From assembly GCA_964187785.1 (NCBI GenBank), contig OZ076420.1:20212001-20276000 (forward strand): a stretch of 64,000 nt of DNA, given 5' to 3'. Positions 21,031 to 33,600 of the stretch are shown here, in pieces. This DNA comes from Amphiscolops sp. MND2022. Lineage: Eukaryota. The stretch's first letter is position 1; each line of letters starts with the position of its first letter. The position numbers were made by a program, and so were the translations under genes. The notes under the pieces are model-generated. The model ran no database searches, was not told where the DNA came from, and was given only the letters and a program-made list of their open reading frames with translations.

Positions 21031-24000
21031 TTTTCGGCGTTTCCTGTTGTGTCCGCGATTTCTGTAACTGTAGCTTCTTCAGGGGCGTTTTCCGTGGTAT
21101 TTCCGAACAGAACTTCTCCGAATTCGGTTTCCCAAGCTTGCGCGTACCAATCATTGTGGGTTGTTTTAACCTCTGGGTCTGGAAGGTAATCTTCCCTTCT
21201 GACTGTTACGTCAGGTACTCGCTGATTGGGCGCATATAGCCTTAGGCGAATTTTATGGAGGGTTTGAGTATACCTAGTTCCCGTGCGACGTACGACGTAG
21301 TTGTTGTTCGAGAGTACTTTGACTACTATGTAGGGTCGAGTCCAAATGCAATCTTTAAAGGCGAATTTCATCGACTGGTTGTCTGCTTTCGGATTAAGGA
21401 CGTAGCAGTAGTCGTTGACCTTGAGCGGGGTAGCCGTTGCTTTCTTGTCATAGTACTGTTTGTATTTGAGGTAAGACTGCATTAGGTTCTCTTTGGCAGC
21501 GTGGTGTTTTTCGGCTATTTGTTTCTGTAATTGATCCGTTAGTTCTTCGTTGCTATCTTTTTCCCAGTTAGGTTTCAATCCAAGTTTTATGTAAAAAATG
21601 TTGTACGGAATGCGTCCGTGAAACACTGTTGTAGGTTCGCAGCCTAGGCTTTCATGGTAGCTTGTATTGTAATTCATGACTGCAATCTGGACGTATTTGT
21701 GCCACATAGAGCGTCGTTCTCCCGTTGATATCTTTAGGGAGGTTTTCAAAGAGGCATGAGTCCTTTCTAAGATGCCAATTGTTTGGGCGTGTTTCGTCGA
21801 TGCGTGGCTTATCCGTATATCCAGTGTTTGTGCTATTTGGTTGACTACTTCTGACCTGAATTGTGATCCTTTATCCGTTAGAATGACGGTCGGTAGATAG
21901 CAGTGTCGTGTCATGACGTCTAATATGCATCGTGCGACTGTTTTTGCTGTCATATCCTGAGTCGGGTAAGCGAAAAGGTAACGCGAAAAAACATCCATCA
22001 TCGTTATGATGTGTTGGTATCCATTTGAGGAAGGTAGATTTGGTAGGATGTCTACTTCTAGGCAGTCTTCTGGTCCCATTGTGAATTCAGTGTTGCTTAA
22101 CATTTTGAGACGTATCTGTCTCGTGTCGATTCTTTTATTGGCAATGCAATCCTGACAACTGGTTACCCAAGCTCTGATTTTGCGTGCAAGACCTGGGAAG
22201 TAGTATTTCGCTCTGCATTCTTGTATCATTTTGGTGATTCCTGGGTGTTTATTTGTTTTTCCATGTAGAGTAGACAAGAGTTCTGGAACTAGGTGTTTTG
22301 GAATTATAATTTGGTTATGGGTGACTGATCCGTCTTCTCCGTAGTATTTTCGCATCAGAATTCCATCTTTCATTATGATTCTTTCTTCGTGGCGTAATAG
22401 GTTTCGTCCTCGTGGTTCAGTTTTGAGAAGGTGTTTGTCATATTCTTCGTGTGAGATCCGTTGTTTCAGTGCTTTGAGGAGAGGGTCTGCATCTTGTTCG
22501 TTTCTGATCCGTGCATTTTCCTTAATTGCACCGAAGGAGTAGACTGCGGAGTTGAGTGGTATCTTGAGGACTTCGGTTACTTTTGTTGATAGTTCTCTCT
22601 CATGTTCGTCTAGGGCACGTCGCTTGCTGAGTGCTTTTCGGGCAAAGATTTCTTGTTCAGATTCATCTTCCTCGTCGGGTAGAAAGAAAAGTTGTTCCCC
22701 GTCAGCTACATCTGATGATTGTAGATGAACTTCAATTGGGGACATTAGGATGTCGTCTCGTAGTTTAAGTTGTACCTTTTCTTTCGGTGTGAGTTCAAGT
22801 CTGCTGCCGTGTTTTGGGAGCCTGCTACGTGCATAATTCGGAACTTGAATTGTAATACATAGTCACAGGCGTTCCAGAGTGCAGGGGGTGTCGTTTTTGT
22901 CTGGAAGAATCTAGTTACTGAGCGGTTGTCTGTTAAGACCAACGTTGGAATTGTTGTTTCCCATAGTATGTGGCTGTATTCGAGGAAGGCATGGTAGATT
23001 ACTAAGAATTCCTTGCAGTAGATGGACATTTTCAGTTGTGCAGGTGAAAAAACTCGTGATCCGAACGCTACTGGTGCGAAGGTTTTTCGTTTGGAGAGTA
23101 TTTTGCGTTCGTCGTTCTCCTCAATCATGAGGGCGTAGCCTGATGCACGAAAGCTTGCATCCGTCATTAGAACGTACTGTATTCCTGCTATGGGCTGTCG
23201 GAGTGCGAGTCCGCAAGCTTCCGCTAAACTGGCGTTAATTTCTTTAAAGTTATCGACAAGTTCTTCTGAAATTCTGATCTTGGAGTCTGCTTTGAGAAGT
23301 TCGTACATGCCGATGAGTTTTTCTGACAAGCGCGGTATGTAATTGCGGTAATAGTTAACAAAGCCAATGTATTTCTGAACTTGTTTTTTGAATTTGGGGA
23401 AGCGGACTTTGGAGAGGAAATTTTTGACCTTTTGATCTTGCGGGGCTACTCCGTCGGGGGTGATGGTTCGGCAAGGAAATTCGATTTGGGTTACTCCAAA
23501 GTGACATTTTGCGATGGTTAGTTTTAGTCCTGCCTTTCTAATGCACTTGAAGACTGCTCTGATGTTCTTTATGAGCTGTTCCGTTGTGTTTGCGGCGATG
23601 TCAATGTCATCTACATATTGTGCACATTGGTCTGCTTTGATGACTGAATCCAGATACTCACGCATAAAGCTCGAAAAAGCTGATAGAGCTCTGCTGAGTC
23701 CTTGTGCCAGGCGACGGTAGGCGAACGTTCTACTAGCAAAATTGAAAGCAAGTAATTTTACTGACCTTTGATCTGCCATTTGGAGGCAGTGGTACGCCTG
23801 GGAGCAGTCAAGCTTGCAAAATAGTTTTTTCCCTGGTAGGTGTTGTGCCGCGTCTGAGAGGGTGCTGACAGGGTGGTTGTTGTTGATGTAGTCATCTGCT
23901 ATGAGTGCGTTGATTTTGCGCAGGTCCACCAGCAGTCTCAGCTTGCCGTTGGGTTTCCGCTGTGCAAATATAGGACTGGCGTACTTGGAGAAGGGGAGTG

Positions 24001-25923
24001 TCGTGATGATACCGTATCGGTGCATGAGGGCCAGTTCCACAGTTAGGTCTTCTTTGAGGTTGATGGGAACCGGTAGGCTTTGTGTGTAGACTGGTTTGTC
24101 ATCTTGTGGTGTTAGGCTGACTTTGAATTGTGTGTTCATCCCGATGTCTAGCCGGTGTCGGGCGAAGATGTCGTTGAATTCCACGATGGTGTCCTCAAGG
24201 TTTTCACGATCTTTGCCCGCAATCAGTGAATCGATCCATTTGAACATGGATAGGAATTTGTTGCGAGACTCTTCATTTTCAGTTGGATCAAGTTTTTCTA
24301 GTTCGGCAAGGTCTCGCAATTCTTTCAAGATTCGCTTTTGTATGGGCGAATGTTCTTGTTCGTTGCCTGGGTGTTCTGGAGTCGGAAACCAGAATTTCTC
24401 TTCATTGTCTTCGGGCCGCTCTACTTGCATTAGTGCATTAATGTACGTGACCACATCGTCATGGTCAGTGAGGAGGTTGAGGGCGGCTATGTCGACTGGA
24501 CGGATCATCTTCGTTTCTTCTGGTTTTAGGATCTGTAGTTCGGCTATTTTGGTGTCAGTAGCTATTGTGTATGGGAAATCCGTGGTATTGGCGATTTTAA
24601 TTGGTACCTTTTTTTCTCTGGCTGTGGTAATTGCTGGGGCCACTATTACCTTCGCGCATTCGTCAAATTGTGGTAAAGGTTGTATTGTGCCAGTTATTGA
24701 GTGTTCGATACTCACAGGGATTGTTGCGTAGATGATTCGGGTAGAGTGCGCTGGAATTGTATGCTTGGCTTCGGTCTTTTTTGTGATGGGCTTGGGATTG
24801 CAGTTTTGTCTTTCATCGGTGAGCGCCATCGTGATTTGGATTTTAGGAAAGTCGATGGTTCCTTGTGCAGTGTCGAGAATTGCGGCATGTTTACGTAGGA
24901 ACGCTAATCCGATTATGGGGAATGACGTTTGATTCATGATGATGAATGTTTCTTCAAAGGTGTAGTCCCCTATTTTGAAACGTAGGGTGTACGTGGCGAG
25001 TGGTTGTTCTATTTCAGCATTGGCATACTGCACTTTGAAAGGGGGTGGGGGTGCTTTATTGACGAAGCACTGACTAGCGTGCTGTCGGAGTTTTTCGGCG
25101 TCCCTTTCACTAATAGCGTTAATGTACGCACCTGAGTCGACTAAAGCGTCGATTTTGACTGTGTTGAATTCGATTGGTAGGAAAAGCATTCGTTTTTTCT
25201 TCTTGAGAGCGATGGCAGACATTAACGGAATGTAGTCGTCGTCTTTGTCATGTTGGATGAATTCTTTGATGGCATCTAGTTCTTCAGGCAGTTTTGAGGG
25301 ACATTCCGTGATTTCTACGTCGTCGTTCGTCAGTGCTGTGACGGGCGCGGTTGTTGGAGGTGTTACTGGAGGGTCAGCATTCTCTCGTTTTCTTCTGTCT
25401 TGGTGTGCCCATATTGTTTTATCTTCAATGCAGATGATGTTCTCTGCGTCTATCGGTGTGGACGTGATAGTGACGGGTACTGTTGGGGATGGTGTTGTTC
25501 TTTTCAGGATCGGTGACGGCGGTGATGGTAGGTTTGTAATCCCTGTGGGTTGAGCTTGAGGGTTTGAGACTTGGATTTTGAAAGCTAGTTTATTTGTATC
25601 GTAGATAGTTGGTTCATCCCAAGGGTCACATCTGTAGTCTCTGTCATATATATAAATTCGGTCTGTTTTTGATTCCGGCAACGGTCTTTTGAGTGTCGCA
25701 TAGTTATCGGGTGACTCCGTTATCCACTGGGGTAGTGGCGTTGGATCGTCTGGGTGTCTGGCGTTATGCCTGAGTATCATGCCTACGTTCTAACGGCGTT
25801 GCTAGTCTTGAGTTGGTTCTTCATTACATTCGGTTGAAAAATCTTCCTCATACCTGTTTGGGGGGTCCTCTATCGTGTACGCCCTCGCGTCTACTTTTTC
25901 CCCAAATCGTAGGCGCGGCGATT

Positions 25924-27333
25924 TCAGTTTTTTGGCTGGGGGAACAGTGTGGGTACAGGTTGTTCGCTGATTTTATTGGTTGGAATGGTGAATTCTCGTT
26001 TCTTCTTTCTGGGGTCATTTGCCGCATTGGCTCCGTTCCAGCCGTTCTCAGTATTGTGCATCTTGCCACATGTATCACACTTGTGTTTGGGTGCTTCGTT
26101 TTGGGTTGGGTCTTTTGTGGTTGTTTTGGCGATATTGTAACGTTCTCGTTGGAGTCTGCGACACTGTGCTTTATAGTGGCCATATTTGCCACAGTGAAAG
26201 CAGTGACCTCGTTGTTGTTGGTCTTTTTTATCGTCCGTCACTACGGCGTCCACTATGTTGAGTGGGACTAGGGTTGTTTCGTCAGGCGCGCCTAGTCCGT
26301 TTAGCCTCATTTCCCTCTCAAGATGCAAAACTATGTCATTATAGGGCTTATCTTCTAAATATGCTCTGTTGAGGATCTTCTTGACGTGATCCGGCATTTT
26401 GGCGTAGATTGCTTTATCAATGAATCTTTGTGCTTCTGAGCTGAATGCTTCTTTTGCAGTTTTTTGCAGGGTGTCAAGGAATTCATGGAGTTTCTGTTTG
26501 GTGGGATCAAAATGCAGCGCGTCCCACTCGCATCTCGCTTTAGCTGATGATTGGAAATCGCCAAAGCGACGTTTAAATGCCGTTATGACTTCTTCTAGGT
26601 AGTCTTTTTTAGTGTCATCTAGATTGCAATACGCTTGTAGCGCGTTTCCTCGTAGGAGTGAATGGAAGTAGTTGATCTTTTGTATCTCAGTTAAGTGAGG
26701 GTACATTTTGATATTATTTCGGAATAGGTCCTCAAAAAGTTCAAACTTTTCGGACTTACCATCAAAGACTGGAAGCGAAGCAGTGAGTGCTTTCGGCATC
26801 GGAAGTAGGTTGGTAGCTGGAAATGTTTGCGGTTGTGGCGCGAACAGTATTTTAGATGTTGGAGGACGGTCTTTTGTTTGCTCGTTGGATGCGCGTTGTT
26901 GTTTCGATCTTTTCGTGGGTTGGTTGGTAGAGTCATTGAGGATTCCTGTCACCATGTTACGACTATTTATCGGTGTTGTTTTAGAGTTAGTCGCAGTATG
27001 GGTTTTAACGGGGGTAGACGTCCTTGCTACGGAAACATTCTCTGTTTCAGAGTCAGAGTCTTGAACATACATATGGACAGTTTGTTTCTTGTTTATAGGT
27101 GCTATCAGTTTGAGCATTTGCTTTTGGTTTTCCGCAAGTATTTTAGTCAGATCAGACATAATCTCCTTTCTTAGTGACGTTTTTATCTCAGCAAAGCCTT
27201 CTGGTTCTATCCTAGGAATCTTGCTGGATTTAGCTAGAAGGGTTTCAGGCGGAAAGTTTTCGGTTATAGAGGTTTCGAAATCACCTGAGACTAACTCAGC
27301 TACGGCTTTCTTTTTCTGGCTTCTAGTTGTCAT
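25924..27333 (-). CDS. gag: Gypsy-A gag, 469 aa from ATG 27333
   Basis: MTTRSQ... starts 379 nt inside the 5' LTR. Contains LPVFDGKSEKFELFEDLF, the CCHC knuckle CFHCGKYGHYKAQC and a degenerate second knuckle. Confidence 0.9.
   Translation of the reverse strand: MTTRSQKKKAVAELVSGDFETSITENFPPETLLAKSSKIPRIEPEGFAEIKTSLRKEIMSDLTKILAENQKQMLKLIAPINKKQTVHMYVQDSDSETENVSVARTSTPVKTHTATNSKTTPINSRNMVTGILNDSTNQPTKRSKQQRASNEQTKDRPPTSKILFAPQPQTFPATNLLPMPKALTASLPVFDGKSEKFELFEDLFRNNIKMYPHLTEIQKINYFHSLLRGNALQAYCNLDDTKKDYLEEVITAFKRRFGDFQSSAKARCEWDALHFDPTKQKLHEFLDTLQKTAKEAFSSEAQRFIDKAIYAKMPDHVKKILNRAYLEDKPYNDIVLHLEREMRLNGLGAPDETTLVPLNIVDAVVTDDKKDQQQRGHCFHCGKYGHYKAQCRRLQRERYNIAKTTTKDPTQNEAPKHKCDTCGKMHNTENGWNGANAANDPRKKKREFTIPTNKISEQPVPTLFPQPKN
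25927..25933 (-). promoter_or_regulatory. Gag-pol -1 frameshift slippery site A-AAA-AAC
   Basis: cca aaa aac TGA at the end of gag. The -1 frame (25933) is the pol frame (25933-25780 = 153 nt). Confidence 0.75.
26941..26954 (-). promoter_or_regulatory. Gypsy-A primer-binding site TGGTGACAGGAATC
   Basis: Immediately follows the LTR-terminal CA. Complementary to a tRNA ending ...CCUGUCACCA (tRNA-Leu-like, unverified). Confidence 0.8.
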
Positions 27334-29278
27334 TTCGGTTGAGAGAGAGAGAGAAAGTATCTTTGGAAAAGTTGAATTCTTCAAAGATTTAAGTTTTCTT
27401 TTGAACACGTTATGATAACGGAACAGAACTAATTATTACAAAGCAGGTCAAAAACTAACTGATTTACATGTATGTTTTACATATTTATACCTTCCCAGCA
27501 TCATTTGTTCCTCACCTAAAAATTCCTAGGTATCACAAAAATCGGTTTTGTTCAACAAAAAGCGCTGATGATTCATATTATTTCAGTCCCGCGTCAAAAA
27601 ATCAGGTATCAAAATTCCTAGTTGCGTCAGTGTTCCGTAAAACTTTGTTGAAAATCATTTTCGTTCAGGCGATTCATTTCCTGTTTGAGCTTCAAAATTG
27701 CGGCAAAATTGAAGTCTAGCTGACATTTTCATCAGCGTAGGCACGCCGGCATGAACAATTAGTCAGCAATCAAGTTAGGAAATTGAAGTTCGAAGTAAAA
27801 GAATGACACTCAAAAATGGCGACGGAATCGATACCAAATGAGTTAACTTGGAAGCGGAAGAAAAATGTGGAAGTTTGGTATGAAAGAACAAACGATGCTG
27901 AAACGGTAATCCCAAATTCGAACATATGAATTATCTGCTAATGGCATACTACATCATTCATATTGAACACAAATTAAGTCCAAACGGGACTTTAACGGAA
28001 TGTAACAATGGTTATACAGCTAATTAGATGAGCGCAACATATTTGTAGTATCAAGTGGAAAGCAACTTCGACATTTTACACAATAACCGTGAAATTTGTC
28101 AGAACATAATCATAGTTTGGGTCAAAGCATAATCATAGTTTGGTCATTAGCCTGATTGTTGTTATCACAAAATACAACTGTTATTACTGACTTGAAAATA
28201 AGGAATTAGCGTTGACCTTACGTCTTGCATTAGGATTATTATTAGGATATTTTAAGTGTCATAGTAAACCAAGTAGATTTGTTCCATTAAGGAAGTACTA
28301 AACAAAACATAATGTCAACGCGATCTAGTGATTTATCATGATGATACAAATCCAGAACAAAAAATTACCATTGCAATTTCTATCATCCTTCCTTACAGTA
28401 CGGTTTTCTTTATATAAGAATCATAACTCTTAAATCTTTCAAACGCGTCGATATAAAAACTTCATTTGGATTTCATTTGAACCAGTATTTCTCATTTGCG
28501 ATTTTACAATTCGCTCCGTAGATGCTACGTACATATTAAGATTATCTATAGCTGAACAGCGGAATACAATTTTACAATCCGCTCCGTAAGTGCTCCGTAC
28601 GTATTAAGTTTGCTTATAGCTGAGCAGCAGTAGCAAGCGGAGTGAAAACGGAGAGCGTAGGCGATTCTATTCTCTTTTCTTAGCTGGTAAGCGTTGCTAG
28701 GGGCAACCAAGCGTAATTCTATTGGTACGAGCTCAGATAATTCCGCCGGCAAGCGACGCTATTGGTCCGTAAAAATAGAAACATCCGTTACTAGCCTAGT
28801 TGAGTGACGCTGTCATAACGTTGTAAACATTTACTTAAAATCACTTGACTGCGATTTTAAGTGGATATTTAACAACTACTTTAATATTGGAATACATCTC
28901 GGAGTTAAACGTTGTTTCTGTGTTTTCATTTTAGTGTGGAGCGCCAAAATGATCCCGTTTGCAACATTATTTAGTGTTTAGATTGGAGTGGAAAACTCAG
29001 AAGATAAAACCGGAAATAAAACGGTGTTGCGTGTGAAATCATTAGACCGGAAGTTTTAGCTAGTTTAAAGTCATTTCTGAAAAATCTTCCGTAACGCTTA
29101 CGTTGAATTCTGTATTTGAAAATTATTCGCACTTATTTAACTGTACTGTAAGTAGAATTTTGATTTGGTTAGTTTAACAAAGTTTAAAAGTATTTACTCT
29201 GCCTTTGTCCATGTCCTCTGCCGAATCCCGGTACCCCAGAGCAGCAAGTAAAATTACGACCGGGAGCGGGTCGTGACA
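26955..29278 (-). repeat. Gypsy-A 5' LTR (2,324 bp)
   Basis: TGTCACGACCC...GTCGTAACA on the minus strand; abuts the PBS. Confidence 0.92.
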
Positions 29279-30197
29279 CATTTTTTCTATCTTTCCATAG
29301 TTCGTTTCCTAAATTTCGATAATAAAATAAGAAATTATGAACATTTATTCATATTAAAATATTTCACCTAATCTCAAATTACTATAGACAGAAATTCATA
29401 CTATGTCCAATTGCTAACTTTCAGCTAAAATAAAGATTGAACATGATTTATTTTTGTTTCATTTCATTCCGTCAAACTCGAACTCAAGAACCAATAACAA
29501 GAAACTTTGTGGTCTAAAGTAGTGTAAACTCGGAACGTGAAGTCTCTGATTGAGTTTTTGAACTGTTATTTTGGTCGCAATTAGTGTACACTTTTTGTAA
29601 GCAGCAAATGCAAATTCTGTTTTTGACATCTATGAGGGCTTAATTTCAGCACTATGATTGCTGTTTTATTAGTTTATCTCATTGCATTTTTTCAGTTTCA
29701 TCAGTTGTCATCAGCGTGTTGGAAGTTTTTACAAATTTCGCTGATGCCATTGTTTGTCTGTAGATTTTTTGCCACCACATTTTGTTCACTGAGTCTAACA
29801 ATTTGTTACGACCGGGTTGCTTGTTGTGGATACTGTTTAGAACGGGATCGCTGGGAAGAACTACCTAATTCACTTGAAAGTCTGAATCGTGATCCACCCT
29901 GAATTCCTAAAAAAATTAATTAACTTAATGTTCTCCTTTGGGAATTTATTGTCCTCTCTGAGTACTGCCTAATAATAATAATAATGGAGTTTATCAGGAT
30001 GCACTATCGATAATATTTCATAATATGCGTACAGTTTATGTTGTATATATAATCGTATAGAATCAACATGTATGTACAAACGTAAAAATAATTAATTCCC
30101 TGAAAAGGCTTCCTATAAGCACAGAAGTTTTTCGAGGGATAACATTTTGAAACATTTTTTTTGTTTTTTTTATTATTTCTTTTGAGTGTGGTAGAGA

Positions 30198-30713
30198 TTG
30201 ACGTTTATTCAACAGTTTCTATCTATCCAGCAAAAAATTTTTTGTAAATGAGATCAATTAATTCACCATTACCAAAATGTTAAAGTCTGGAATTTGGTGG
30301 TAGAAATTTCGAATGTTTTTGTCCATTTCTCATATCAGTTCGGCAGTAGGTAAAACACCCCACTTGCGCAAGGCATGGATGAGTATTATTGCACGAGAAT
30401 CTAGCGTATCATTTTCTGTAAGAAGGTTCCAATTGTTTGAACTTCTATTTCTTGTTTGACGTTTATTCAACAGTTTCTATCTATCCAGCAAAAATTTTAA
30501 TTCTAAATGAGATCAATTAATTCACCATTACCAAAATGTAAAAGTTTGCAATTTGGTGGTAGAAATTTCAATTTTTTGTCCATTTCTCATATCAGTTCGG
30601 CAGTAGGTAAAATACCCTACTTGCGCAAGGCATTGATGAGTATTATTGCACGAGAATCTAGCCTATCATTTTCTGTAAGGAGGTTCCAATTGTTTGAACT
30701 TCTATTTCTTGTT
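30198..30713. repeat. 258-bp tandem duplication (2 diverged units)
   Basis: Units start at 30198 and 30456 (TTGACGTTTATTCAACAGTTTCTATCTATCC...); covers the 3' end of the decayed LINE. Confidence 0.85.
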
Positions 30714-33600
30714 TCTCTGTTTTGAGTTCCAATGCTAAGAGTTTCGAAACCTTTTAATATTTGTTTAGGTGAAAACTTCAGAATCTCGTAGACATGATAC
30801 TCAAATACTGTTCTGATTTTTAGATCTTTGAACTTTTCTGTAACGCTGGTCCTGGTGGGAACTTCATCAAATGCTTTCCTGAAATCAACATAAACCCAGT
30901 TCGTTTTAACGTTGGACCACCCGTTTGTTTCTATTTGTTTTAAAAGAGATGTTGCGGCTTGGACAGTATCTTTCTTTTTTTTCTGAACCTGCATTGATTT
31001 TCTGAGAAGATTCCAAATTTTTCAAGAAAGTTCATCAATCTTTTATGTATTACTTTCTAGAACAGCTTTGATAAGTTACCCAGAATAAACATTGGCCTGT
31101 AATTGGAAGCTACATTTGTTTCTCTGACGTTAAAAATTGGCATTACTTGAGCCTTTTTAATAATTTGAGGAAACACACCTACTTATATGCATTCATTGAA
31201 GGCTTGAAGGCAGTTTTTAGTTAAGGACTAACAATTTCGGATGTTTTTTTCAAAACTGCCACCTCAATGCGATCCATACCAACAGACTTTTTGTTTTTCA
31301 ATGTGGTAAGGTGTGGCTAAAGTTCAGCTTCAGTAACTAGACGGAGGAAAATTGATTGCAGCTGTTCAGCTTGCTGACTGTTGCAATGGTGAGTTAAGAT
31401 AGTGTCAGTGGTAACAACGGCAGTTATGAAGTAATTATTGAAATCCTCAACAGAAAAGTCACCACATTTTGTCACTTGATTGCTAGTACCTTTCACTTTT
31501 TCTACATATCTGAAAAGTACCTTCGAATTATTGTGGTCAAATGTCCTTTGAACTTCATTTCGCTTTGCCTTTTTTGACTTCCAATATGACTTCATTTCAT
31601 TGGTTCTTGTATTTCTCGTAATCTCTACTTGGTTTTGTTTTGATCCATAAGTGATACTGTTTATCTCTGTTTGCGATGCGTCTCTTAAAACGATTCGTTA
31701 TCCATGATTTTTTGGGTTCACGTCTTTTTACTTGCCTTATTGGAAAATATTTGTCGGTTGACTCTTTGATTGCATTTTCTAGATATGATTAGCCTATTGT
31801 ATCTCGTTCATTAATTTCGCCCAGAGAAAGATTCATGAACAAAAGGAACTTTTCGCAAGAGAATGGGTCTTCTAATTTCTTCAGAGATTGACATTCTTGG
31901 AACTTTTTTGTGGTTTCATAAGATATTTCGAATGATAATTGTAAGCTGTAATGATCTGAGAAAGTAGCTTTCAATCCGGGTTAGTTGGACAGGACTGTTT
32001 CTGTATATGGAGTCTTTGCACTTACTTGATGTTGCTGTTTCTCTGGTAGGCTCTCACAAACTAACCAAATCCAACCGTTCAGCTGTTAGATACTGCTTTC
32101 TATTCCTAGAAGGTTCACAATAAAAGCAAGTAACTGTTATTTTCTTTTTCTTTTTGAAGTCAGCAATTTTCACGGATATTGACTCGTAAGCTTCATCCAA
32201 GTGTAGTAGTTTAGCCTCCAAGTCCGATTAACCTAAGTAGTCACTCCGCGTCCTCGCTTTCGATTTCTGGTACCGGCGAAAGGTCTCTGATATCCTTCGA
32301 AGCAAAATAAATCCGGTTCATTTTTGTTTTTCCACCGTTTTCCGGTTAATGCGATAACGGAAGGCTTAGATTGTGTTGTTATCATTTTTCTTTTCTGCAC
32401 GTTTGAGCGCAATTCAAAGATATCTGCTCATCTATTCCTGGATCTTTAGCTGTGCTTCCAAGACAAAAGGCTTTTAAAGTTGCCATTCCTTCTGCATCTG
32501 GTGAGCTGCGTATTCGTTTCAGTGCATTTTCCAGTTGCGACACCATACCGGATTTTGTGGGTGCAGGAGTAGCAATTACAGTCGTTGATTTGGCAAAATT
32601 CAGATGTTTCTTTCTCACAGCACAGTGATTGATATCTTTAACTGCTCGAACGCTTTTTACAACCACTGAAATGAAGGTAACATCTTCTTTTTTTCTGAAA
32701 AACTTTCACATTGCAGTTTTGGATTGCTGTTGTGAGACCCAAATCATCAGCGTTCTGTTTGACAGACCTTTGCAGGGTTGGAAGTCTTTCTTTCATGTAG
32801 ATTGGTGTCCGATTTATTGGATTGGACACTCTTGCCAACCAAAACTCACGGCCAAAAAATTCATTTTTTTAGTTAAAATATATGAATATCACCACGATGA
32901 TTGCAAGGGTATTGTTGTTATTTTTCCAGGAACTCAGAAAATGGCAAGCCTTGAAATCCGATGGTTGGGCAGAATAGCTAAGAAACCGTCGGAAAAAGTC
33001 ACATACCTGTAGATCCAGATGTTCAATATTCGGATTGAGCGGGGCATTCACAATTATGATGGAGTCGTTGGGGAATACGCCACACACTCGTTAACCCTTA
33101 CCTCCAGATCCGATACACGATTCTCCAATGATGAAATTTTCTCGTCGTCAAACGACAATTGCCCCAATAGACGAACTATCAGGGATCGTAAAATGGAGTT
33201 TTCAAAATCAAGTTCAGACATATTTGAGCGATCAATGTTTCAAATTCACCAAGAACAAGAACAATTACGAACAATTAGACCGTTTTCTAGCTATGCATTC
33301 TTGTCTGTGCTTCTGGGGTATGCTACTTGATTGGCCATAAGCAAACCAAAGGTAACTTCTTCAATATTGCAGCGTTCATTATCTTGATTTGAGAACTGTG
33401 GGCATCTGAGAGACGTTTTTCAAAAACGATATTATAGACTGTAGATAGGAGGTTTTATCTATGTCCTCAGTCGTTTATTCAAAAATATTGGCTAGTTTTG
33501 TTTTCATTAGGTTTGCTAGCGTTTGTTTCACGCCTTGCTTGATTACAACTCAGCATTTGTTAACTTTCTCAATTTGTTGTATTAGCATTTTTCGGGATCG
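30200..33600 (-). pseudogene. Decayed two-ORF LINE (CR1/L2/Jockey-like) with the RT core deleted
   Basis: ORF2 remnants TFSDHYSL (APE C-term), KAQVMPIF..SNYRP...LSKLF.KVI..RL and VYVDFRKAFD, fused directly to post-RT sequence with no YxDD. Possible ORF1 remnant (PIYMKERLP) at 32.6-32.9 kb; the upstream boundary is weak. Confidence 0.65.

Larger units (their letters stand above)
20736..25933 (-). pseudogene. pol: Gypsy-A pol (protease, dUTPase-like insert, RT, RNase H, integrase)
   Basis: LVDSGA (protease), QYVDD (RT), LMTDAS (RNase H), H-GKTNK-H..C-QD-C and LEVDILP/ILTDKG/ILERTH (integrase). Two TAG stops just after the frameshift site (~25790-25805) and a deletion/frameshift near 22790 split ORFs 22745-25780 and 20736-22745. 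Confidence 0.95.
13315..29278 (-). mobile_element. Ty3/Gypsy LTR retrotransposon Gypsy-A, 15,964 bp, defective copy
   Basis: LTRs 13315-15202 and 26955-29278 (TG..CA, ~2% different by eye), 5-bp TSD CACTT/CATTT (one mismatch), PBS, PPT, gag with CCHC knuckle, and pol in PR-RT-RH-IN order. Confidence 0.95.

Noticed and set aside
20736-21200. Chromodomain at the integrase C-terminus
   Set aside because: No chromodomain motif seen; the region is low-complexity.
22945-27415. Many plus-strand ORFs over Gypsy-A gag/pol (and minus-strand ORFs over Gypsy-B pol; plus-strand ORFs at 537-1469)
   Set aside because: Antisense shadows of long coding frames; no motifs or splice support.
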